In this document: in pieces, positions 1 through 10,900 of the stretch | Position numbering within the stretch: position 1 is the first letter of the stretch | How the letters are laid out: the number at the start of each line of letters is the position of its first letter | Assembly: GCF_000315625.1 (NCBI RefSeq) | Contig: NW_005434650.1 | Coordinates: 1-33,418 of the forward strand | DNA: 33,418 nucleotides | Source of the DNA: Guillardia theta CCMP2712 | Lineage: Eukaryota; Protista; Cryptophyta | Direction: 5' to 3' | Position numbers and translations under genes: made by a program | Notes under the pieces: generated by a model | What the model was told of the DNA's origin: nothing | What the model saw: the letters and a program-made list of their open reading frames with translations, nothing else | Database searches by the model: none

Positions 1-61
1 GGAGGAGGTTAGGGAAGACGGAGGGGAGGGGGGAGGGGGAGAGGAGGGAAGGTGATCGAAG

Positions 62-1556
62 ATGGCGGGAGGGGAGAGGAAGGGGTTGATGAGCGTGGAA
101 GAACTGATGGAGGAGCTGGGGGAAGAGGACGAGGAAGGGGTGAGGAGGAGGAGGAGGATAGAAGTGGCGTTCAGGGTGATCCGGAGGGTAGAGGCCCGCG
201 CTCTGGATCTGTGCAGGGGAGCGAGAGAGGTCAGCATGATCGAGTGCGGGCTGGAGAGCATGGAGGAGTTCTGGCGGCTGGCGGAAGTGGAGCGGCTGTG
301 CCTTCCTTCGAACAGGATCAAGGAGATTGGGGTCAAGGGGATGATGGGGAACCTTGTGGAGCTCTTCCTCCAGGACAACATGATAGTGCGACTGGACGGC
401 ATAGGATGCGCCCGGAGGCTGAGGAGGCTGTGGCTGACAAGCAACGAGCTCCAGGACATCAGCGAGGTCGGTCAGCTGTCGGACCTCCGGGAGCTCTGGA
501 TGCAGGACAACAACCTGTCGGAGGAGGAGCTGTGGGCTGTCAAGGACCTGGAGCACTTGTCCTGCCTTGACGTGACGGGGAACCCGATCAGCAGCATGCA
601 GGCGCTCGTCCCCCTCACTCGCCTTCCTGCTCTTGTTGACCTCTCCTTCTCGGATGCTCACTTCCTGCCCTGCCCCATCAGCTCGAGGCCCGACTACAGG
701 AAGGAGGTGGTGTTCCACTGCGAGCGCTTGACGTTCCTGGACGGGGTGGAGGTGAAGGAGGAGGAGAGGGCGAAGATCAATGACGAGATGCTCCAAGAGT
801 CGTTGATGTTCGATGAGCGCATAAGAAGGATCAACAGCGAGTACGAGGGCAGGTACGACTCCATTGAGCTCGAGCAGGAGAAGGTAAGAGCAGGCTGCTG
901 TTGGCGACGCTCCTCCCTGACGAGGTGGTGGAGGCTGTGGATCAGATGATAGCGATGGAAGAGATCATGAAGCAGACGATGACGAACGTGTTCAGTCAGA
1001 TCGCACAGGCGAGACAGCAGGCTCATGCTGCTGCCCAAGAGGAGATTTCGAGGCTTCAGGTTGAGATGCTGCTGCATCGTTGCTGTCTGACGGTGTCCAC
1101 AAGAGCAAGCATGACGATGTTCAGAAGAAGCTCGAGCAGGTGAGCAGAGGATGAGGAGAGGGAACGAAGGAGGGAAGGAGGTAGGAAGGGAGGGAGCGAG
1201 AGGGAGGGAGCGACGAAGGAAGGGAGGGAGGGAGGGAGCAAGGAAGGGAGGGAACGAGCGAGGGAGCGAGGGAGCGAGGGAGCGAGGGAGCGAGGGAGCG
1301 AGGGAGCGAGGGAGCGAGGGAGGAAACGAAGGAGCGAGGGAGCGAGGGAGCGAGGGAGCGAGGGAGCGAAGGAGCGGGGAGGCGAGGGAGCGAGGGAGCG
1401 AGGGAGCGAGGGAGCGAGGGAGCGAGGGAGGGGGGGGAGGAAGGGAGCGATTGATCTTTCTGGTTGTCTCAGAGGATGGATGCTGATGGATCGGGAGGTC
1501 TTGATTTCAAGGAATTCAACGCTGGCGTGTGAGAAATATCTCATTTCATTGATACA

Positions 1557-1589
<33 letters not shown>

Positions 1590-1862
1590 TCCTCCTCCTC
1601 CTCCTCCTCCTCCTCCTCCTCCTCCTCCTCCTCCTTATTCTGTTTCTAGGAAGCTGCTCAAGACCTCGTCACTCCCTCCTCTCCTCCTCCTTCTCTTTAC
1701 TTGTTCCTCTTCTCTTTTCTTCTCTTTCTTCTTATCCTCCTTCAGCTTATTCTCTCTGCCCCCACCTGCATCTGATAAGTCCCCTCTCTCCTTCCCTGTC
1801 CCCTTCATGTTTACCCTTCTTTCTCCTCATTCCCTCTCCCCCCCCCTGGCCCCTCCAGCTGA
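62..1862 (+). CDS. LRRC9-like SDS22-type leucine-rich repeat protein with LRR cap, coiled coil and C-terminal EF-hand (multi-exon; 3' end uncertain)
   Basis: Repeats LxxLxLxxNxI (VERLCLPSNRI, LVELFLQDNMI, LRRLWLTSNEL, LRELWMQDNNL, LSCLDVTGNPI) are followed by a cap 'PISSRPDYRKEVVFHCERLTFLDG' and a helical segment resembling the LRRC9 N-terminus. Manual exons: 62-883, 925-1059, 1104-1139, 1473-1528, 1650-1667, then a possible stop at 1860-1862. An unspliced stop at 1530-1532 is also possible. Confidence 0.75.
1255..1430 (+). repeat. (GAGCGAGG)n 8-bp tandem repeat inside purine-rich intron 1140-1472
   Basis: Directly visible tandem units with a few variant copies. Confidence 0.95.
1479..1517 (+). 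other. EF-hand Ca2+-binding loop (DADGSGGLDFKEF) in exon 4 of the LRR gene
   Basis: In frame after phase-0 splicing 1139/1473. Canonical loop residues D1, D3, S5, G6, L8, D9, E12, F13. Not present in the supplied ORF track. Confidence 0.7.
1558..1635 (+). repeat. Compound (GCT)n(CCT)n microsatellite, intronic
   Basis: Directly visible; lies within intron 1529-1649. Confidence 0.95.
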
Positions 1863-1941
1863 AAACTCTCCAGATGTTGGACGAGGGAAAGAGCGCGGGG
1901 AGGAGGAGGGAGTGAAGTTTCAAGGTTCAATCAAGGGAAGA

Positions 1942-4900
1942 TTAATAAAAGACATCCGAATCACATGCTATCAACAGAGAAATCATTGCGAGCATCACTA
2001 GCGCGGCCGAGTACGAGACCCTCTGACCCACCGACGACACGCCTCCGTCCCTCCTCAGGGTCGACATGTCCTGCCCGATCTGAATCTCCACCGTCTCAAA
2101 TTTACAAATGTTGTTCCCCCCGCACACTCCACAGGCGTCCACGGACCGTCCTGAAGTCAAGATCAGCTGCGCTGCAAATGCCCCTGTCTTGTGCTCACGA
2201 CTCCACTCCTCCTCTCCCTCCTGCTGTCCTTCTCTCTCCTTCTCCTCTCCGTGCTCTCCCTCTCCCTTTCCCTCCTCCTCCCTCGCAGATCTCTCCCTCC
2301 TCCCTCTTTTCACCTGAGTTGACCGCCCCGTCGCATCCTCTACATGAATCGCTTCCTCCCGCGCAGAAAGGATAGCAGAACTGGTCGTTGGGGTTTTGGA
2401 AGCATCGAGGGGTCGCCTGATCGCAGCAACCACACTCGTCCACCTTCAAAAAGGAAGAGCATCAGTATCGAAGTCAGCCAAGCTCATCCTCCTCCTCTTC
2501 CTCCTCCTCCCTCACATTGCGGTTGTTCCCGTCGCAAACGCCGCATCTGTCGTACTTCTTCCCGCTGTTGATCACCCCGTCGCACCCTGTGCACGACTTG
2601 CTGTCTCCACCGCAGACTCCGCAACTGACGCGATGTCATCAGTCCTGAGGAGTGAACGCAAGAGCACGAGAAAGAGGAGGAAGGAGATGAGGAGGAGGAG
2701 GAGGAGGAGGAGGAGGAGGAGGAGGAAGTTACCTGTCAAAGATTTTTCCTGAGTAGGCGATGCCGTCGCATCCTACGCATGTCTTGTTGTTTCCGCCGCA
2801 GATGCCGCACTGATCCATCGGGATGCACTTGCCCGATGCATCGCGTCCGCATCTTCCGCAGGACAGGCACGACCGGCTGCTGCAAGTGAGCTGGGGGCAC
2901 GTGGACTGAACCTGTCCTCACCTGTCACCGCACCAGACTCCGCAAGCGTCGAAACCGTAGCAGGGCGTCACTTCCCACTGGAGAGGAGGGTCAGGACAGG
3001 ATCGCCTTCCGGCCTCTTCAGGTCTCACCATCACTGGCACAGCCGAGCCGGCGGGCTGATACTGAGTGCGCAAGGTTGTGATGAAGGTGTTCTTCATCAT
3101 GACATTTCGCAAGGCGGCTGGGAGGAGGGAGTGAGAGACGATCTCGGCAGGAGCAGATCGGGTCACCTTGGTTGTCCGTCAGGAGGCGAATGGAGATGTC
3201 GATCTTTCCGGACTCCGGGATAGACTTTGACTTCAGAGTACAGGTCTGGCAGTTTGTCATGGACCAGACTGCGTTCGTGTTGCCCTGGAGGCCTGCTGAT
3301 GACGTCTGGATCTGTCCGATGGTCACGCTGGTTCCTCCGACGGTGACCGGGTTCCTGTTGGTACAATCCTGATAGCAGACGCTGACGATGACAACACGGT
3401 CCTGGTCACACATAAACACAAGCTCGTCAGAGCAGCTCAGCAAGTCATCGACGTGTTCTTACGTCGGTCAGGTAGAACTGGTTCGTGCTCGGATCAGTCC
3501 CAAGTGCGTTCTTGAAGGCTGTCTTGAAGACGGCATCCTGGAACGTGCCCACGTCTCCGCCCACCCTCACGATCGCAGTGACCATGTAAGTAAAGTCGTT
3601 GACTCGAGTCGCCCAGGTGGAGGCAGCGCTAGCGGGGCAGAAGAAGCGGTTCGAGCCCCCGCAGACTCCGCACTTGTCGTAGACTTGGCAGCTCTTCCAT
3701 AGCTCGACCCTCTGCGTGTAGGCGTAGGGAGTCATCAGGTTGGTGGAGGACTGCAGCCGCTGCGACTGGAGGAATTGGCAGGGGACGAGAGAGCAACGTA
3801 TCCTGTCGATGCAGGAAGTTCCGTTGCCGTCGCACACGCCGCAAACGTCGAACACCTACCAGTCACGGTCAGGTGCCCTCCAGCCCTTCCTCAGTCCTCA
3901 CCTTGTACGAGTAGGCCAAACCATCGCAGCCTGCGCAGACTGACGCGTCCCCACTGCAGGAGCCGCAGGCATCTATTGTTTGACTCTGTGGTACAGTCAG
4001 AGACCGTGAGGCTATGTATGTTAGACTGCTCACTGCATCGCATTTCGGCTCAGCGCAGTTATTGTTTCCACCGCACACACCGCATCTGTCAAACTTCTTG
4101 GGCGAGTTGACTACCTCGTCACAGCTGACAAGTAGACAAGTCAGCTCAACGCGCTGAGGTTGGAGTCGCCGCACCCTTTCTTCATGCTGGCCGGCTCGAC
4201 ACACTTGCCGAAAGCGTCGAACTCTTTCCCGGAGAGAGGGATTCCATCGCAACCCAGACACTGCGAGAGAGGGTCAGAACACCGAGATGTTGTCTCGCTG
4301 CTGACCTTGGAGCCGTCTCCACCGCAGATGCCGCACATGTCATACTGTTTGCCAGAGCCTTCAACTCCGTCGCATCCTTCAGCACAAGTCAAGATCGTAC
4401 GGGCTTGCTATGCATGTTCGGCTACCAAGTTTGCAGTACGGGCTTGTCAGTTTCGTGTAATCGCAGTTGCAGTTTTCGACTTGGACGCTACCGGCGGAAC
4501 AGGTCTGAGCATGCAGCATGTCAGGACTAGCGTTGGGAGTTTGGGAGCTGAACCTTTTGGACTGGCGCAACTCTCGGAACATCGTCGGAGCCCATACAGC
4601 TCTGATTGTTTCCGCCGCAGACCATGCAGGTATCAAATTCCAAGACCGACCTCGGTATGCTGTCACATCCTGCAGCACCCGTTAGACCTACAATCGACAA
4701 GCAAAACTCGACAGCTACCGGCACACGATCTAGAGTTCCCTCCACACACTCCGCAGACGTCGTTGGTCTTTCCTCCCAGGCCGTAGCCGTTGTTCACAGC
4801 GCTGATCGAGGGCTGCCAAGGAAGGTCTGGACGAGGAATGCGGTCACAACCCGCGCACGATCTGTTCCAGTTGGGCGATGTGGGGCCCTGAACAGGTCTC

Positions 4901-7900
4901 AGGCTCGAGTGGTCACAGGCACAGAACCCTCACCTCGCTATGGCAGACAAGGTTGTTAGGGATGATCCTTTTTACAGGGCAGTTGACAAAGTTGGCAGGG
5001 CAATCAACTACAGGCGTGTTGCCTGCCATGGAAACATCACCGCCGGACACCTCTAGGTAAGTACAACAACTCGTGCTTACCTACGCATACTCCAGCATAC
5101 ATCCCACAGTAGTCCAGGTTCGCATTCATACCGTTGCACTGTCCGCAGCAGTCGACAACAGCACCGCTGCAAGACAGACACATCAAACGAGAAGAGCTGG
5201 AGTGTTTCTGCCTTCACCCGTTCGGCTGCCCACTGCCGACACAGTCGCAGATTCCTTCGCTCTGTACAGTCAACAGAGCCTTGTTGGCAGTTCTGTCCAC
5301 GCAGAGTCCACATACGCTGACCTGCATCGACAGTGAGAAAGCTAAAGTGAAAGCGTCATGTTAATCTTCACTTCTTGCGTGCCAGGGCAAACGGTCCCTT
5401 GAAAGTTGCACTGCCCTGATGAAGCTCGAGTCGCCAGATGAGCTTGGAGTGTAGATCCAAAAGCAGCACCTGCACGGTTGATCATCAGACCCAGCAATGG
5501 CAGAGGAATCGATAATGTCACCAGTGTACTTCAAGCTCACTGTAGAGGAAGTCGTCTGGTCCACACAAACTTCACACTTGTTCTTGAACTTGGGTGCCAA
5601 GCAAGGATTTCCTTCCCAGTCGCAGATCCCTTGTGTAGGCAGCTACACACAGTCCTTCAGTTACAAGAAAAGAAGCTGGGAGACTTACCGCTTGGTCCTG
5701 GCAGACTTGGCACTTGTTGTTGACTTTGAGCGGGTTAGAGATCAAACCATCACAGCTGAACACAAATGTTATCAATCATATTCATCCGATCATAACCATC
5801 AGATCATACCCGGCAAGAGTATCAACGGCCGCAAAGGTAGTAGCGTGAGGCGTGCGGCAGGTGATGAGGCCAGGCGTTCCCAGTGGATTGACAGTCTGTA
5901 TGTCTGTCTTCCACTTTGCGGTCACATTGTCCCAGTATCCACATCCTACCAACTGATCGAGCACAGGTCATCCTCAGTCACAACAGCACCATGCTCACTC
6001 ACCGTCCTTATCCCTGTCGTGTTGCTTCTGTTCTCGGGTGGCACGGTGAACACCTGCAGCTGCATGGTGATGGGGTTTGCCAAGTTGGCCACTTGCAGCA
6101 ACTGAGGCACGGTTCCGTCTCCTACTGTCCCAGCTTGATAGAAGTTGAGCACCACCGAGCTGCTTCTGCTCTTGTTCGCATCTGGCCCGAGCGAGGCGTA
6201 CGGATTCAGCTCGTGAACTTGCACGATGGTGTCGACCATTTTTTTCGCTGCCGGGACGCTCGCCATGGCAGCGCTTGCGACAGTTCCGAGATCCTTCGGT
6301 AACACGATGTTGTCGAGTCGGTTCGGAATGTTCACGATCTGGATAGTGACAGGCGACAGGGTGAGCTTATCGACCGCTTTCCTGATGGCAGTGATGTTCA
6401 ACGTGCTGGTCTCAGACTTGTACGGCTCTCCATCCACCCTTGACCTCATCGCAGCCTTGACGGTGTCGTCCAACATCGAAATGCACTTCTCAGCCGCGTC
6501 ACTGGCGGGCGACCTGCGCCGTGAGAGCGCCGTTGCTGACAGCTGGTTCACCAGGGCAAGCCCAGCAAGGACTGAGCTTGCCGTGTTGTCATCCAACGAG
6601 ATAGTCTTGTCCGCCAACAGCTTGTCATAGAACTGCAGCGAGGATGCCACCATTGCTGCTTTCTTCTCCGCAGACAGACCACCAACCGCCGACATCACAG
6701 AGAGCATGCTGGTGCCTAGCTGGCTCCTGACGGAATCTGGAATGTTGGGCGAGCTCACCATCCCCAAGGCGGTGGCCATTCCTTGATCGAGGACGTTTCC
6801 TAGGTACTGTGAGTCTGAAGGTAAGCTCATCAGTGCGATGGAAGTCAGTGCCAGAATCCTGCTCGGATCTCCTGAGGCGAGGATGCTGTTGATGTTGGAT
6901 CCTACATCCGAAGAAGAGTCCGCAGACACCGTCACAAGGCAATCTTGAGACGAAGAGGCTCCACAATTCGCTCTTGTGACAGCGCCCAGAGCGTCTGTGA
7001 CAAGACAGTACACTTGGAGAATGTTGGAATCTCCCTTGGGCAAGACAGTTCGCATGGTGGTCTCCATTGACTTAGAGCTGAGCTGAACAAGATTGTTGCT
7101 GGTCTTTCTGTAATCAACAAAACCAAACTCTATGGACAAAGGCAAATCTTCGTCCACCCAGAAGGGAGCTGAGAATTGAAATGAAGTAGAAAGAGCGATT
7201 CCTAAAGCTGGACTTACTATGAAATCACCCAGTGAAGGAGGCTTGTTCATAACAATATCCACGCTTGCAGTGCTTGTCAGCCCCGCAAAGGTTCCGAGCA
7301 AAGTGATGGAATACTTGTCTTGTGAGGCCATCAAGATACCAGGTTCCAACACAAGGCTCACAGTTCCCCGAGCCGTTCCTTCAGAGTATCTGTTTGGATC
7401 AACTTGAACTGTCGCAGCGTACTGGATCTGCGCAGGAGGCGGGTCAATGCTCCAACTCGTTTGAACCATGTCCTGCAAATTGGTTGGAGACGCGAAGACT
7501 TGACCAGTCAGCCTGATCTTCTCGTTCATGTTGTACTTCACCTTCAGCCCAGAAGTTATCTGGACGGAAGGAATGCTCACAGGGGCCAAGTAAGTTTTGA
7601 TTCGAACAACATCTTGACCATAGAATGCACTGGAAGTGACGTCCGATGGGCAGACGTCTCCCTGACTAGCGTACAAGAACACTCGGAGCATGATGTAGTA
7701 GTCTGTGCCTTGCGCCAAAGTGTGAGCTGAAATATTCCATGTTGGCTGCTGACTTGTCAGAATGACCTTGTTTGTCAATGCTTCAGTACAACTCCAACAG
7801 TACGTCAGATCTCTCAACCCTCGCTGCATCATTGGGATATTCGGGTTGTAGGAATTCGTTCCATCCAGGATGAGATCGTCTACGTATGACACAGTGCGAT

Positions 7901-10900
7901 TTCCTCCCACGATTTCTGCGACAGGATTGGAGGCTACAATCGTGACGAGAACAGTGCTGCTCTGTGACGTCACCGTTCCGAGATGCTGTGTGATAGTGAG
8001 AGTAAAAGGATACTGTTGTCCAGCAACGAAAGGCAAGGAAAAGCTTGGTATGAAGAGGTTGAGACTATTCTTCATGATGCTGCTGCTCTGGAATGCGATG
8101 GAAAAGTCTTGATCTGTACCGCTGTAACTCCATGCAAATGTTAAAGAGTAATTGGTCAGGCAAAAGGTCGAAAAGTTTGAAATTCCTTGGAGCGCAATGT
8201 CATCTTTCAGGTTGAAGTACTGCTCTTTGTCGCCGGAGATGCGCACTCGTCCTAAGCGTGGGTTTCTCATCGTCAAGTCGAATGTCCCTAGGCCACTGTT
8301 GCCAGCGAAGTTGGTTATGTTGAGCTTGACTGTGTACGACCCTTCCTTCATGCATGTAATATTGCAGTTACCGGATACGCGACAGGTCTCGCTGGGGTCA
8401 CACGTGAGGAAAGCAACGAGTGAATATCCCGCTGAAGGAAGGATCATCAACCCGGTGACACCTGATGGCCTTGTCTCGATCTTCCACTGAACCGACCTGT
8501 GCATCATCGTTACTAGAGATCACAGCTGAGGCATCGAGGCGCTTACGAAAAGTTCCTTCCAAGTCTTCCAGTACTCCTGTTGAAATGTAAGCTAACCGAG
8601 TGACTAAGGTAAGATAGGCTAGTACCTTCGCGCGTCCAGGCTGATCGATGCGCAGATGTCATGCTCCGAGAACCCATCTATCTTCACGACAGGGGTGGGG
8701 ATCGAGCTGAGAACTGTGGAGAGACGGATGGATTGATACAGATTCGGCGGGAACGCATAGGACTTGGCCAGCTGCATCTCAACATTTGTAGGAAGAGTCA
8801 CCGCCAACATGCCGAGTTGAAAGTTGAGCTCTGCCAAACTGACGATCCCATCAGGGGAAGCCGGAGTGGTCAGGATCCCATCGTAAGCTTCCTTGGAAGG
8901 ATCTTTCTGAATCAAGATTGGGGGCCAAGGGCTCTGGAAAAGAGAATTTCCCAGAAATCCTGAATTATTCTGCGGACGAATGAAGGAATCCATCCTGAAG
9001 GACGGATTCTTGCCTATCTTCATGATCAAGGTTGTGCTGCATGCATGTATCAGATGGCAATGAACAACTCTTTCAACAGAATCACTTGTCTGGGCTCCAA
9101 AGGCATGTAGCAGCAGTATCAGTGCCGAACAGCCCGACTGTTGACGCCTGTAAGAAGTTGAGGCATCCCGACGAGCTGGAGCTCAGGCTGGCAAGACTGC
9201 AATCAAGTGTGAGGTAAGGTAAGCAAGAAATCGATCAGGCGCACTTTCTGTCCGATAACCCAGCGATATCCGTTGCAAGGTTGAAGCGGAATCGGATCTC
9301 ATCGAAGACGCTGGACAGGAAAGCGCCGACTGATATCGGTATCTTAGCTGTCACAACCGCAACAGCTGTTTTTCTGTACCTGGATAGGGAGAATTTGCGA
9401 TGTACTGGAAGAATGTACAAGGAATATTGATGGCCGGGCAATCCTGAAACTTAGAGATGGGATAGAAGTCCACTCGGTTCAGGGTGACAGTCAGTGGGAC
9501 TCGGACTCCAACGGCGAACGGAGGTGCTGCACAAACTATGCTTGCATTTGTCTCTGAGGTCGCAGACAGAACAGAGGACTCTGAATATTGGTTTCCAAAT
9601 CTGCCGCGGCTTGTCAGCAATCAACATGCAGGAAGAATCAGTGCAAACCTGCACTGAAGGCGAGTGACTTCATAGAAGTCCACAGGATCCTTCGAGCACG
9701 TTACAACTGCCGTTGCTGGAACATCCGGTGGACAAGGGATCTATTCTCAGGATGATTAGAATTGATTTAGATCGATCAGAGGATGATGCCTGTGTCAACT
9801 TGGAAAATGAAGTGTTTGCACAATCGCAGATGGCATAGTCCGTTGAGAATATGCTGTCCCCATTGAAATCTTGTCCAAAGTCTTGATTTTGTGGGAACAG
9901 ATTGTTGGTCATACACCACAGCTCGTTGGCATAGCTGGAACCCAAACTGCAGTGGAGGGTAAATTTCGACTTCAACTGCATACTATGAGTATTTACCGGA
10001 GAGCCGCATCGTCGTTGGTGCAGCTGTAGTAAGCCTGAGGTGCTGAAGTGCCTTGCTTCTTGTAATAAAAGGGAAACTGGCATTGCCTCTTGATCGTAGA
10101 GCAAGCTGCAGTGCCCGTGCACGTGAGAGATTTGCGGGTTCCCTGAAGAACGGTCAGGTTTCTCTGCTAACATGAATCAGGAATCATATACATCTGCATT
10201 GAGTGTAGAGACCACACCACTGTTGAACCTGACGTTGCACCTGAGAGCAAGTAAGACAAACCAAAGCTTGAGAAGACCCTCACCTGCTGTAATTCACCAG
10301 CCCGCTTCCAATCAAAGTGACCAAAGTCCCTCCTGATACGGACCCAGCTGGAATCTTGGTATAATCAGCACTAGCAGCCAAGACACCTCCTTGTGCCAAG
10401 GCCAATGCAGGAGTTGGAACAACCTGGAAATGACTCGTCAGCATGCTCGGTTGCATCTCGCCAGTTTCAGAAAACCTGAGCAATCCTTGGGGCTGTGAAG
10501 TAGAAGTACGATAGAGAGTTGGAGTATTGTTGTTGATTTCCAGTCACCCGGATACTCACTGTGGTCAGCAGAATTCCACGTGGTGGCGACGAGCAGAGGA
10601 GGGTAGTATCATCCACTACGGTAGCGCTTACGATGGTGTACTGTTCGTGAAGGAAATGCGGTCAGACCCTTACAACGTGAGTAGAAGAGTCAAAATTTTT
10701 CTCACATTCAGAGCCGAGTCAATGAACTGACATTCGAAATTTTGTTGCGAGATGGTGAAGCGCGAAACTGACAGTGTAATCAAAGTATTTCCCACGTCTC
10801 GGCCTGATCGAGGGAATATTCTGAGCAGAGTGATGTCTTCGTAGTAGAAAAATTGGCTACCACCAAGATTACAGAATTTCAATGCATCGAGAAAGGCATG

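Noticed and set aside
1056-1544. ORFs with LPRSLAPS / ERGSEGAR repeats; possible CRISPR-like array
   Set aside because: These are translations of an intronic 8-bp tandem repeat. There are no spacers or cas genes, and the context is eukaryotic.
2396-2752. + strand ORF with a poly-Arg tail
   Set aside because: It is antisense to Cys-repeat exons, and the poly-Arg comes from a (GAG)n intronic microsatellite.
5815-8700. Calling the giant gene PKD1 or an adhesion GPCR
   Set aside because: No TM1, PLAT, TRP-like or 7TM region follows the GPS.
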